Assembly: GCA_951406725.2 (NCBI GenBank)
Contig: OX597817.1
Coordinates: 91,326,001-91,390,000 of the forward strand
Length of the DNA: 64,000 bases
From: Octopus vulgaris
Taxonomy: Eukaryota
Direction: 5' to 3'
Shown here: positions 41,326-53,990 of the stretch, piece by piece
Layout of the letters: each line of letters opens with the position of its first letter
Numbering within the stretch: position 1 is the stretch's first letter
Notes under the pieces: model-generated
Database searches by the model: none
Told to the model about the DNA's origin: nothing
Seen by the model: only the letters and a program-made list of their open reading frames with translations
Program-made: the position numbers and the translations under genes

Positions 41326-42076
41326 ACTTTAAAAAAAAATTGTGTGTTCACCCTTTCAAGATGATTTGAAGCTTATTGTACTTGTAGTGCACATTTATAA
41401 TGTTAACTGTAAAATAGTGCACATCCCTGTTATTTGCAGCTAACATAACACACATTGTCTGCTCTGGTAATTAACGTGCTGTAAGAAATTGCATTTATAT
41501 TGGAAATTGTAGTTCTTCAGTTAGTTTGAAAATATTTTACAAACTTTTCTGTAGCATTTCAGAAACTTCATATTTTGTTTTATCTATTGTATGTTTTTAT
41601 CTTATTATCTTGTAAAGACTTAATATCTTAAAGGATTAAATGTCTGTGATGAATTGTTGTTAATAAGATTATCATCTTCCAGACTATTAACTTCATCTTT
41701 ACCGTCTGTACTACATTACATACATACACACACACATACATACATACATACATACATATATGCAGATACACACATACACACATACATATGCACATACATA
41801 CATACACACATACATACATATATACACACACACATATACACGTACATACATACATACACACATGTATACTCTCACGCACATTCACGTGCACACTTATATA
41901 CATACAAGTAGAGATATAAGTGTATATAACAATAATAATAACAACTTCTTTGCACTAATTTATAAATAATCCAACAATGTTATATAGTACTTGATACAGA
42001 GTTTTATAACACAATAACAGTTGAAAATAGTACTCAACTCAAGAGTACCAACGAATTTGAATCAAATTCAAAATCA

Positions 42077-42111
42077 CAGATGACAAGTATCACACTTGAA
42101 ACTCAAGAGTA
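42077..42111 (+). ncRNA. Degenerate hammerhead motif (U4 to A)
   Basis: CAGATGA-C-AAGT atcac ACTT-GAA-A-CTC aa GAG-T-A. Stem I is not evident. Overlaps a 30-bp direct repeat (42037 and 42101). Confidence 0.45.
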
Positions 42112-42193
42112 TCAACAAATTTGAATCAAACTGTTTTGATTCATATATACATACATATATATACATACATACATATATACATACATACATACA

Positions 42194-42228
<35 letters not shown>

Positions 42229-42339
42229 GTATATATATATATAGATAGATAGACAGACAGATAGATAGATATAAATAACATACATTCTGTACATACATAC
42301 AAACATACATACATGCATACATACATATATTTTATAAGG

Positions 42340-42610
42340 AGGTGTGGAGGTGCATGGCTTATAGGTTAGGGTGTTGCACTCATGCTGGTAAGATTGTGGT
42401 TTCAATTTCTGGACTGGACAATGCATGGTGTCCCTGAGCAAAACGCATTATTTCAAGTTGCTCCAGTTCACTCAACTGGCAAAAATAAGTGACTCTGTGA
42501 TGTAACAGTATCCTCTCAAGGGAGTGGTGGTGGTGGTGATTGTGGTGAGGGGACAGGAATACATATGTCACAGAATCCAGGAAACCAGCTTTATGAGCCT
42601 ATGGTTTATG
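42340..42610 (+). mobile_element. tRNA SINE of the V-domain-like family, diverged
   Basis: Homologous to 31205-31455. Confidence 0.7.
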
Positions 42611-42677
42611 ATGGACATTTGATCCATTTTTGATTGAGGACGAGAGTACAGTTGTTTGAATATGTAGATGTAGCCTA

Positions 42678-42890
42678 GAGTGGTGAGTTGCCAGAATTGT
42701 TAGCATTCCAGGCAAAACACTTATCGCCATTTCATCTGTCTTTATGTTTTGTGCTCAAATTCTGCCAAGGTCAGCTTTACCTTTCATCCTTTCAGGGTTG
42801 ATAAAATAAGTACCAGTGGAACACTGTAGTCGATGCAATCAATTTACCTTGTCCCCTGAAACTGCTGGCCTTTTACCAAAATCTGAAATT
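42678..42890 (+). mobile_element. tRNA SINE with cctttcatcctttcagggttgataaaataagtacc core
   Basis: Homologous to 4707-4925 and 51815-52045. Confidence 0.72.
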
Positions 42891-43323
42891 ACTATGTTTG
42901 TGTGAAGAACAGATGATGACAACAATACAACACATAGCTAACTCAATCTACAGCAGTATAAAAGTTACTGTAGACTACCCCTCTAAACACCCCAGAAATA
43001 GATAACCTGTCCTAGATACTAAGCTGTGGATAGAAAATACTGTGATTAATGGAACAGTACGGAGCAATACAAAAAGTAGGTAAGAACATGGAATACAAAC
43101 AGAAGGATGCAATACAACAAAAAAATGAGAAACTGAAATGAAAAGGCAAAGCATCGTAAGGTTAAACAGAACATGAACACAAAGAAATAAGTAAAATGTT
43201 CAAGTTGATTAGGTAAAGTTCGAAAGAATACTCCGAAGAACAAAACTGTGTCTTTGGTGAAATGTGTTGAAGAGTTTTTGTTAAGTTCACAAATAATTCA
43301 TTATAGTTCAGATGTATATAGTT

Positions 43324-45815
43324 TTAGACAGCTTGGGGGTGGGGGCAATGTACACAGCAACGACTACGAGTTGTAGTCACGTATGTAGATGGAGGAGGGG
43401 TCAGTGTGTGCGATGGTATTGGTGTTGGTTGCTGTGGAGTAGCATTTGTTTTATGTTGTACTGTGACTGGTGTATGAGGTGGTATTGTTTCATTGTCTGT
43501 GTATGCCCACTTAAGCTTGTCTAGTGAGACAGTTTCCTTTTTACCATTGATGTCTATGGTATATAGTTTATCTGTGTATGACAGGACATGATAGAGTCCT
43601 GTGTTTGGAGGTATGAGAAGGATTTTCACAGCCTCGTTTCTAGAAACACATAGTTCCAAGAATCAATGTCTTTTGGAACTGATGATTTAGTGGTTTAGTG
43701 TCGTGTGTTGACATGGGTGGCAGTTCTTGCATGCATCTGTGAAGTCTGTGTATGTACATAGTGGTGTGTTGTGTGGACAGATTTACTGGGGCCAACATCT
43801 GGCCTGGCAACAAAAGAGGTGTGCCATAGACAAGTTCTGCTTGGGAATAACTGAGATCCTCCTTTATCAAGGCTTGACAGCCAAAAAGGTCTATAGAAAG
43901 ATATTCGCTCCATCACTGCTGATTTGGGTAAGCACGCAAAACAGCTATCATTTGATGGTGGAATCATTCCACTGTACCATTGGATTGTGGATGGTAACTG
44001 GTAGTTCGAATCTAACATGCACCTATGGTCTTCGTGAGCTCGTGGAAGAGTTGCAATTTAAACTGTTTTCCACAGTCAGTAGGGGTGATGGTAGGAACTC
44101 TGTACTGTGATATCCATCCTGTGAGAAAAGCTTTGGCAACAGATTCTGCAGTGATATCTACTAAAGGAATAGCTTCTGGCCAACATACGAAATGAGCAGT
44201 GCAGGTGAGCAGGTAGATACATCCTTGGCTGTCAAGGTTGATGTGTATGTGGTTGAAACATACATCTGGTGTGTTGAATGTGCCAAGGGGTGCACAAATG
44301 TGCCTATGCAACTTTGACTTTTGACATAAAAGGCAGGAGCGTGACCAAGCAGTGATGTCTAGTCTCATATCTGACCAAAAGTATCAAGCTGAAATGAGTT
44401 TCACTGTGGCAGTGATGCCAGGGTGTGACAAGTTATGTGGTGTGTTGAAGACTGTTTGTCTGTGGGTTTCCAGAACAAAAGGATGAGGAGAATTCGTGAA
44501 AGTATCACACAAAATCTGTGCATCAGCTGTGGGTATTGGGAATTACTTGAAGTTGCATGTGACACAGGTGGGTAAGGATATATCAATTGTCTCTAAGCGA
44601 GGTTGATCTCTAGCCAGGAAATGCAGGTTGATGTCTGTGGGGGACAACAGCAAATTCAGTGGTAGGCGTGATAAGGTGTCTGCAGCAGTGTTATCTACAC
44701 CAGAGATATGGCAGTTGTCAGCAGTAAATTGGGAAATGAAATCCAAGTACCTGGTTTCCTGCAGAGAGTACTTCTTAGGCTTCGAGCACAGGGAAAAGGT
44801 GAATGGATGGTGGTCTGTAAAAATTCTGAATTGGCATCCCTCAAGTGTGTGCCAGACATGTTTGACTACTAAATACATAGCTAACAGCTCCTGTCCAAAA
44901 GTGCTGTAGTGAGTTTCAGCTGGTTTAAGCTGCCAAGAGAAAAAGAACAAGAGTCTGGAGTTGTTGCTGGTGAAAATTGTTGTAAGATTATGCCTCTGGT
45001 AGTGTTGAATGCATCCACCACAAGGAATAGCTGAGTGTCTGTGACAGGGTGGGTCTGAGCGAGTTGTTGCTTTGCTGTATTGAAGTCACATTGGGTGGAG
45101 TCCAATGCTATCGGCTCATTCCTCTTTTTCTTATTCCGAAGGAGTGTGTCTAGTGGATACAATATTTCAGCTGAATGAGGAACAAAGTGCTGATAGAAGA
45201 AATGTCAGAGATAACATAACAAGGTAGGTGGAGGTAACTCCTGCAATGCCCTCACCTTGTCAAGCAGTAGTGATATGCCTTCAGGGCTGATGATGTGACC
45301 TAGGAAGGTCAAAGTAGATGCACCAAAAATACATTTAGTAGGGCTGATCTGCACTTGGCAAGTCTTGAACCGCTTGAACAGCTGACATACATGATGGAGA
45401 TGTTCCTCGGGTGAGGCACTAGCTATCAAGATATCGTTGATGTACACATAGATGAAGTCTAAGTCTCGGATGACTTCATCTATGAACCTTTGAAATGTGC
45501 TGGCTGATTTCCATAAACCAAATGGCATAGTTAGGATTTCAAAGACACCAAAAGGTGTAGTTACAGCAGTCTTTGGAATATCCTCTGGATTCACAGGAAT
45601 CTGATGATGTGCCTTAACCAAGTTCAATTTGGTGATTACTCTGCTATTGTGGAGAGATGATACAAAATCCTGAATGTTGGGTAATGGGTAACTATCTGGC
45701 ACCATGAAGAAGTTTAATCTCCTGTAGCATTCCCTGGAACACTTTGGAACCATGTGCAAGGGCACTACCTAGGGCCTATTAGAGGGTCGAATGATGCCCA
45801 ACTGGAGCATGTGGT
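43324..45815 (-). mobile_element. Gypsy/Ty3 LTR retrotransposon pol remnant (RT, RNase H, integrase)
   Basis: PLHMVPK, YPLPNI, KTAVTTPFG, MPFGL, YINDILI; YSTFGQELLA, FTDHHP, ADTLSR; WPEAIP, TDCGKQF, AELVYG. The RT-RH-IN order is diagnostic of Gypsy. Many frameshifts; LTRs not identified. Confidence 0.92.
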
Positions 45816-45849
45816 TTAATATATATATATGTATATATTTATTTATTTA

Positions 45850-46160
45850 TTTATGCGCCCTTTTCAAGCCTAGCCAGGCTCATGGGCCCAGTTTCCTGGT
45901 TTCTATGGTGTACCTCTATGGCGTTCCCCCCAGATGGACGGGACGCCAGTCCATCACAGCGTTACTCAAGAAACAGGAAGAAAGAGTGAGAGAAAGTTGG
46001 GGTGAAAGAGTACAACAGGGGTAACCACTACCCCCTTCCAGGGCCTCATGGAGCTTTAGGTGTTTTCGCTCAATAAACACACACAATGCCCGGTCTGGGA
46101 ATCGAAACCACGATCCTCTGACCTCGAGTCTGCTGCCTAACCACTGGGCCATTGCACCTC

Positions 46161-46162
<2 letters not shown>
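45850..46162 (-). mobile_element. tRNA SINE of the V-domain-like family
   Basis: A box TGGCCCAGTGG, B box GGTTTCGATTCC, core gatggactggcgtcccgtcca. Confidence 0.78.
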
Positions 46163-46251
<89 letters not shown>

Positions 46252-46254
<3 letters not shown>

Positions 46255-47068
46255 ATCTGTATTTTTGTTATTTTTTATTTGCCCTGTCCGTGTGAGCTAA
46301 CAGTCGTACTGGCTTTCATGGGAAACATGTATTTTCGTGGTTGAAACCTTTTGGATTAACTGGTGCTAGAGTGAGCAATATAGTGACCACTCTCTTATAT
46401 TTATTTTGTGAAAATATTATAATATGTTATAAAATATTATAATAATCCAGGTTTCTCGTAGCACTAGGCCACTTGGTGTGGAATAAATATACTATTAAAT
46501 TAGTATCTAATTCTCTCACCCTTATTAATTAATTATAATTATGCTGCATTTATTTCTAAATGCTGTATTTGTTTTCCGTGAGAGTTTGGCGCGCTGTTGG
46601 TTGGGGCATTTGAATTATAACGTCGGATGTAATCAATTGAACCACACGCGTATTTATCGTTATGGTAAAATCTGGCGTGTGATTGAGTGGATTTCATCCA
46701 GATAGTCTTGGCTGACGAGCTACAAATGGATTATTGTAAGTAATATTACATTTAATTCATTAATAGCGAAACAATTGTCCAAAATAATCTGTATTTTTGT
46801 TATTTTTTATTTGCCCTGTCCGTGTGAGCTAACAGTCGTACTGGCTTTCATGGGAAACATGTATTTTCGTGGTTGAAACCTTTTGGATTAACTGGTGCTA
46901 GAGTGATCAATATAGTGACCACTCTCTTATATTTATTTTGTGAAAATATTATAATATGTTATAAAATATTATAATAATCCAGGTTTCTCGTAGCACTAGG
47001 CCACTTGGTGTGGAATAAATATACTATTAAATTAGTATCTAATTCTCTCACCCTTATTAATTAATTAT
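46252..47068 (+). mobile_element. Retrozyme/Penelope-like element: 1.5 tandem copies of a 532-bp unit with an HHR at the junction
   Basis: 46252-46536 is almost identical to 46784-47068. Inserted in (TA)n; non-coding. Confidence 0.8.
46701..46790 (+). ncRNA. Type I hammerhead ribozyme, intact core, long stem II
   Basis: CTGACGA(46712)-GCTA..AATGGATTA.TGTAA gtaata TTACA..TAATTCATT..TAGC-GAA-A-C aatt G-T-C(46779). GUC triplet, palindromic ACAATTGT stem III, imperfect stem I. Confidence 0.82.
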
Positions 47069-47212
47069 ATATATATATATATACTTTATTAAAAAGCAGC
47101 AAAAGTACCACAAAAACTATTTTTGTGATGTATTTTCTGCTTTTTAATAACTCTACCTCTGGTATTTGAGTGTTATTTTTTCCTCCTTGTTTCACATTTA
47201 TGTGCTTACACT

Positions 47213-47252
<40 letters not shown>

Positions 47253-47254
47253 CA

Positions 47255-47640
47255 GGCACAGGCATGGTTGTGTAGTAAGAAGCTTGCTTCCCAACCACAT
47301 GGTTTTGGTTTCAGTCCCACTTTGTAATACCTAGGGCAAGTGTCTTTTGCTAAAGCCCCAGGTCAACCAAAGCCATGTGAGTGGATTTGGTAGATGGGAA
47401 CCAAAACAAAGCACATTGTATGTGTATATATATTTATGTGTGTATCTTTGTGTCTGTGTTTGTCCTCCATCACTGCTAGACAACCGGTGTTGGTGTGTTT
47501 ATATACCTGTAACTTAGTGGAGACAGACAATAAGTGCCAGGTCTAAAAAAAAGTACTGGGATTGATTTGCTTGATTAAAAATTCTTCAAGGTGGTGCCCC
47601 AGAATGTCCATAGTCTAATGACTGAAACAAGCAAAAGATA
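47255..47640 (+). mobile_element. CORE-type tRNA SINE
   Basis: Homologous to 15915-16292. Confidence 0.8.
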
Positions 47641-47717
47641 AATTATATATATTAGAGGAGATGTGGATACACATGGTGTATTGGTTAGAATATAGCACTT
47701 ATACTTGTTTTATACAT

Positions 47718-47771
<54 letters not shown>

Positions 47772-48270
47772 TCCCATCAATCAAATTTACTCCTCAGGCA
47801 TTGTTCAACCTGGGGCTATAGTAGAAGACATTTGCCTAAGGTACTGCCAGAGCCTCGTGGAGCTTTAGGTGTTTTCGCTCAATAAACACACACAATGCCC
47901 GGTCTGGGAATCGAAACCACAATCCTCTGACCTCGAGTCTGCTGCCTAACCACTGCACAGAGGTACTGAACCTGAAACCATGTAATTGCAAAGCAAGTTT
48001 CTTAACCACAGAACTAAGGCTGCACAAGACTTTCAAACCTGATATCAATAGATACAACTTGCTTCTACCTCTATTTCTTTATCTTCTTTATCTTCCATCT
48101 TCTCTTCCTTAAAATCCACTCTTCCCATAAAAGTAATTATTGTTATTAATATGTGGCATCATTTGTTATAGCCATTATGTTGATTATCATTATTTCTACT
48201 TTTTGTATGTGTGAATACTTTTATAAAAGCTACAGTTTTATAATACATTTATTCTTACCCTTGAGAAACA

Positions 48271-48405
48271 ATTGCAGCTTGGAAAGTGTTTATAAGCCAT
48301 TTAAAAAACACAAAAAACCATACGATTCATTTAAATATTTTAATTTAATTTGTGTCAAAATATTTTCATCGCTTTGAAACCGCGACCTGTTCACTGACAA
48401 AATTT
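48271..48405 (-). mobile_element. Single arm of the G3-C8 HHR element
   Basis: Minus 48352-48400: TTGTCA GTGAACA G GTCGC ggtttcaaa GCGAT GAAA ATAT TT TGACAC. Confidence 0.72.
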
Positions 48406-48659
48406 CATGCTGCATCTCAGAAAGTAACAGTTAGTGCATGATATATATATATGTATGTATGTCATTATTACAGTTTATTTCAACATTTATTGTCAATAGG
48501 GAAAGAACCGGTTTCTAACCTAGACCCAAAGTTTCTTCATTGGAATTTCAACATCAACAACGGGGTATTTTTGTTTGTATGTGTATGTATGTATGTATGT
48601 ATGTATATGTATGTATGTATCTATGTATGTATGTGCAGATTTGTATATGTTATGTATGT

Positions 48660-49390
48660 CTTCTCATGCGTAGAGTTACATATCTAGACATGCTCATATA
48701 TATCTAAATGATAAACTTCTGGAAAGTTTTACAGATTTTTACAGTTCCAATGATGGATTGGATCTGTAGCGCTCGAATTAGGTTTCTCCTTTCTGGTTTC
48801 GAAAAGCCTAATTTCTCAAGATTGGTATTTAGGCCTCAATGATTACAGGTTAAACCTGAACTTGTAATCTGGATAGAGTAACTGCAGATTTCTCAATAGT
48901 TCAGAATAGGTGTTCTCTTTTTCACTGATCTTCAGCTTTATGTTAACATCCGCTGGGCAGCTAATTTCCACAACTGTGCACAGTTTCTCTTCTATATCCC
49001 AAATCATTATATCAGGTCTGTTGTGCTTACATTTTATTGAGGTCTTCACTGGTACATTCCACCAGTATTCCTTTTCATTATGAGTGGCTATGACTTCTAC
49101 CATATTGTGGGGTTTTATTTCTTTGTCCACGGGATTATCCTTCTGACCGATTTCATTGTAGGGTGTCCTAGATACAACATCATGTCTCATTGGTAGATAA
49201 TACTGTGATGACATTTTCGGACAACTGCTTATGATGTGGATGATATCTTCAGTGTGAACTCCACAAAGTCTGCATCAGTTGTCACATTTTGCTACTTTTC
49301 CTGCATCTCTATCCCATTTGTGCATCAGGTACTTGTTTGATATTTCCTGTTCTTGGATTGTAAATGCATACCCTTCAAAGTGAGAGTTAA
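48660..49390 (-). mobile_element. R4/Dong-clade LINE 3' fragment
   Basis: CCHC knuckle, MRHDVV and KHNRPDIMIWD..VEISCP (PD-(D/E)-type nuclease); ORF 48843..49214. Confidence 0.87.
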
Positions 49391-49572
49391 TAATCCAGCT
49401 ATAGACCCAGGTCAACCAAAGCTTTATGAATGAATTTGGTAGATGGAAACAAAAAGAAGCCCATTATGTGTGTGTGTGTGTGTGTTAGTCACCCACCACC
49501 ACTTGACAACTAGTGTTGGTGTTTATGTCCCTATAACTTAGTTGTTGGCAAAAGTGACTAATAAAACAATAT

Positions 49573-49910
49573 CAATTGCAGAGTGGAAGGTGTTTATGAG
49601 CCCTTTAAGAACACACAAAAAACGTTAGATTCACTTCAACATTTAAATTGAATTTGCCAAAATATTTTCATTGCTTTGAGACCACGACCTGTTCACTGAC
49701 AAAATTACATCACAGAGTTTTGTCAATGAACAGGTCGTGGTCTCAAAGCAATGAAAATATTTTGGCAAATTCAATTTAAATGTTGAAGTGAATCTAACGT
49801 TTTTTCTGTGTTTCTTAAAGGGCTCATAAACACCTTCCACGCTGCAATTGTTTTCATTCCAGCACACGATCTCAGATCAGGCCACTTGCTATGCAAGCAC
49901 ATCTCCATAA
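49573..49910. mobile_element. Fold-back G3-C8 HHR element, second inverted pair
   Basis: 49573-49704 is inverted at 49718-49850. HHR-like motifs at 49654-49702(-) and 49720-49768(+). Confidence 0.75.
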
Positions 49911-50684
49911 AAAAAAAAAACCCATCAGATTTTTAAAAATAAGTATTGGAATCAATTTGCTTAACTAAGATTCTTCCACATGATGCTCTAACATGGCCAC
50001 AGTCTAATGACAGAAACGATTAAAAGATAAAAGATAAAGATAAAAAAACAACAACTGGTGTGCTTATGGGCTTTAATGATATATCGCTTCCAACATAGAA
50101 CAATATTGGTTTCAACACATGGCTTCAGATAAAAATTCTTGCAAATCAAATGAAGTAAATTTTTATGCATTACAGGCTTCTTATAAAAGAAGACTTTGCT
50201 AAGGCAAAATAACCAAACACAACCAGTGAGATACTTTTGAAAGGCAATATGAAAGATGTCAGGTGACACATCAATTCAATGAATTCACAGTCAGGCTCAT
50301 AATATGGAAAATAAACTCCTTAGACTAATTAAATTAACAAAGTATTTTTCATTGCAGCATGACAAAAGTACAAACATTGCTAATCTGGTCGTTCTTATGG
50401 TGTATGTATGCTTTAGGGTATATACAACATCAGAACTGCCATATTTCACTATTAACAAAAATGGTTAATTCAGAGGTGTTTAAAACTGTGTGTTACCACT
50501 TCATTCACAAATGTGAATTAGATTTCAAGTTCTATGTTGGTATGTGTTTCGAGGCATTACTGTAATGATAGAATGGAACTCGTGTATGGATATAGTTCAA
50601 GCTGCTTGCTTCACAATACAAAACAACACGATGCTTCCTTCACTAAGATAATCTTGCAGAAAAATAAAGTCGACAGAGTCACAG

Positions 50685-50903
50685 GCACAGGTGTAGCTGT
50701 GTGGTAAGAAGTCTGCATCCCAACCATATGGTTCCAGGTTCACTCATGCTGCATGGCACATTTCAACTATAGCCTCAGGCCAACCAAACCCTTGTGAGTG
50801 GATTTAGTAGGTGGAAACTAAAAGAAATGCATCGTGTATATATTATTATATATATATATACAATATATATATAATATATAATATGTATATTATAAATATA
50901 TAT

Positions 50904-50944
<41 letters not shown>

Positions 50945-51185
50945 TAGATAAAAGTTTATATTTATGTGTATGCCTGTGTTTGCCCCCACCATCCCTTGAC
51001 AACCAATGTTGGTGTGTTTATATCCCTGTAACTTAGCAGTTCAGTGAAAGAGATTGATACAATAAGTACTAGGCTTTAAAAGGGTAAGTCCTAGGGCCAG
51101 TTATTTTGACTAAAAAACCTTTTAAGGTGGTGTTTCAGCATAGCCACAGTCAAATGACTGAAACAGGTAAAAGAATAAAAGAATT
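50685..51185 (+). mobile_element. CORE-type tRNA SINE with an expanded internal TA tract
   Basis: Homologous to 15915-16292. Confidence 0.78.
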
Positions 51186-51199
51186 ATATATATATATAT

Positions 51200-51810
51200 A
51201 TCATCATCATCATCATCATCATCATCATCGTTTAACATCCGTTTACCATGCTAGCATGGATTGGACGGTTTGACTGGGGTCTGGGAAGCCAGGAGGCTGC
51301 ACCAGACTCCAGACTGATCTGGCAGTGTTTCTACAGTGGGATGCCCTTCCTAATGCCAACCACTCCGTGAGTGTAGTGGGTACTTTTTACGTGCCACCGG
51401 CACAGGTGCCAAAGGAGGCTGGCAACAGCTACGATCAGTTGGTGCTTTGTACGTGCCACAAGCACGGAAGCCAGTCAAGGCGGTGCTGGCATTGGCCACA
51501 TATGGGTGGTGCTTTTTATGTGCCACCGGCACAGGTATCACAACTACAATTTCCATTTGATTATTTTGATGTTGATGTACTTGACTCAATAGGTCACCTC
51601 AAGCACAGCAGGTTGCCCTATGATCCAAGGTAAGCACAGCAGGCCATCCTGCAATCCAAGGCACTTTGGATGGGCTGGGGCTTCTATGTGAAGCTGGTGC
51701 AGGAAACAGCCATGAACTCACATTATTTGTTGGGTTTTCGCAGTCACAGCATATCTCCAGAGGTCTGTCTTTCGTCATTACCTCTGTGAGACCCAACATT
51801 CGAAGGTCAT
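51200..51810 (-). mobile_element. RTE 3' end with hairpin array
   Basis: Homologous to 31880-32640. A further degraded copy lies at 52750-53045. Confidence 0.8.
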
Positions 51811-51814
51811 ACTT

Positions 51815-52045
51815 ATTTCTTTATTGCCCACAGGGGCTAAACAAAGAAGGGACAAACAAGGAGAGACAAGGGGATTAAGTCGATTACATCGACCCCAGTG
51901 CGTAACTGGTACTTATCTAATCGACCCCGAAAGGATGAAAGGCAAAGTCGACCTCGGCAGAATTTGAAATGGGAATGTAAAGATAGACAAAATACCACTA
52001 AGCATTTCACCCATTGTGCTAACATTTCTGCCAGCTCTCCACCTT
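51815..52045 (-). mobile_element. tRNA SINE with tcgaccccgaaaggatgaaaggcaaagtcgacc core
   Basis: Best-preserved copy of this family in the window. Confidence 0.8.
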
Positions 52046-52521
52046 ATATATATATATATATATATGGACCCACACACTACATTGGCATCAAAAATCAGAA
52101 GGTAAATAGATTTGATAGTCTTTGCTTTGTTTAATATTCCTTTACACATTGCTGCTACCCATATTTGCAAGCTTTATTTCATTACCAAATAGTTGATAAA
52201 ATGTCTAAATTTCTGAGACAAACTGTTGTTAATAAGCTTATAACTATTCAGACTATTAATCTCATATTTACTGCTTATATTTAATTTTTTTATATTTTCG
52301 TTGTATTTCACTCATTTTTGCTGAAGCATTACATGCGTCAATGGTGGAAAGGTTACCAGTCAAACATTAACATAGGCTTGGGAACAGGAGGTGCAGGGGT
52401 ACAAGCACACCTCCTAAAACTGTTCGTGCGAGGTAATGAAAATGCTTTCAATATCTTCCTGAAAATCTTCATTACCAAAACATTTTTGAACTGATTTGAA
52501 ACAGTACTTTACCACTATTGG

Positions 52522-52738
52522 ATTCTTCTTCTTCTTCTTCTTTTTCTTCTTCTTCTTCTTCTTCTTCTTCTTCTTCTTCTTCTTCTTCTTCTTCTTCTTC
52601 TTCACCTCCTCCTCCTTCCCCTCCTCCCCCTCTCCTTCTCCTCCCCTCCCCCTCCTCCTCCTCCTTCTTCTTCTTCTTCTCTTTTCCCCTTCTTCTTCTC
52701 CTCTTTTCCCCTTCTTCTTCTTTATCATCATCATCATC
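52522..52738. repeat. (TTC)n/(CCT)n polypyrimidine tract
   Basis: Directly visible; source of the poly-K, poly-F and poly-S ORFs. Confidence 0.95.
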
Positions 52739-53467
52739 TCCACTTATTGTCTGCTTTCCATGGGTTAGACATTTTGACTGAAACTGGAAAACTGAAAAGC
52801 TGCACCAGGGTTCAGTCTGTTTTGGTTTGGTCTCTACAGCAGGATGCCCTTCATAGCATCAACCACCTTACTGAGTGTACAGGGTATTTTTTATGTGTCA
52901 CTGGCATGGATGCTTTTTATGTGTCACTGTCGTGAGTGCCTTTTACATGTCACAAGTACTGGCAATGACGATAATTCACTTAGCTTGATGTGTCTTTTCA
53001 AGCATAGCATATCACCAGAAGTCTTGGTTTGTCATTACCTCTGAAATGTACAAATATAATAATAATTATTATTGTTATACCTGTATCTGTTTGATATTAA
53101 AACTGAAAAAATTGACCCTGGTTTGTAAAAAACTTTGGACATGGGTTTGCAACTTCTAAGCAAATTTTGTTTCTACATTTACAAACATTAGACTGAAAAA
53201 TCACTCAATATCTTTCAGTAGACTAGTATCATATTTTAGTTTTATAAGGCAAAGTTGACAGTTGCCTTGGTTTCCCAAGTTATATATATATATATATATT
53301 ATAATAGTTCTAGGTAAATGTTTTATTGTATATTTAATTTTTTTCTATATGGTATGATTTAATTATATCATTGTTGAATTGCTACATGGTGGTTCTTCTT
53401 TAATTTATATACATACATACATATATATATATGTATATATGTATATATGTATGTACGTATATATATG

Positions 53468-53990
53468 TCATCAAGCAAGCAGGAATACCAAGCATGTTTG
53501 CACTCCTCACACAAAGATGTATGAGATGGCTTGGACATGTTAGCCATATGGAAGATGGCAGAATCCCCAAAGACATACTCTACGGAGTGCTTGCTAGGGG
53601 CACTAGGTCTGTTGGAAGACTGTTCTTATGATACAAGAATGTTTGCAAAAGGGACATGAAGGCCTGCAACATCAATATTAGCAACTGGGAAGCAGCTGCC
53701 AACAACTGTGGAGATTGGCAACGTAAAAGAGGGAACACAAAGGAGTGACAGAGGGAGAGAGGAGAAATGGAAAGACAAGAAAAGACGTCAACAAGAAACT
53801 ATGGCATTACAACCATCCAAGAAAAGTCTTTGCTACATTTGCGGCACCTGCCAGAAGGAGCATTTGTTGAGGATAGGACTACACAACCACAGCAGGAAAT
53901 GTATTAGGACATTAAATGTAAAAGCTGGACTAGATTATTTTATGCGCAACTCCATTGTCTCTCAAGACAAAAAGGCAATGTGTTTGCAAT
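53468..53990 (+). mobile_element. RTE (BovB-like) LINE 3' fragment
   Basis: RWLGHVSHMEDGRIPKDILYGVLARG and a terminal zinc finger CGTC...IGLHNHSRKC. Confidence 0.8.

Noticed and set aside
42890-43320. 3' LTR of the Gypsy remnant
   Set aside because: No clear polypurine tract or TG...CA ends, and no second copy in the window.
46288-46335. Second hammerhead ending GAAACATGTA
   Set aside because: A hairpin and palindromic stem III are present, but there is no CUGANGA-like strand upstream.
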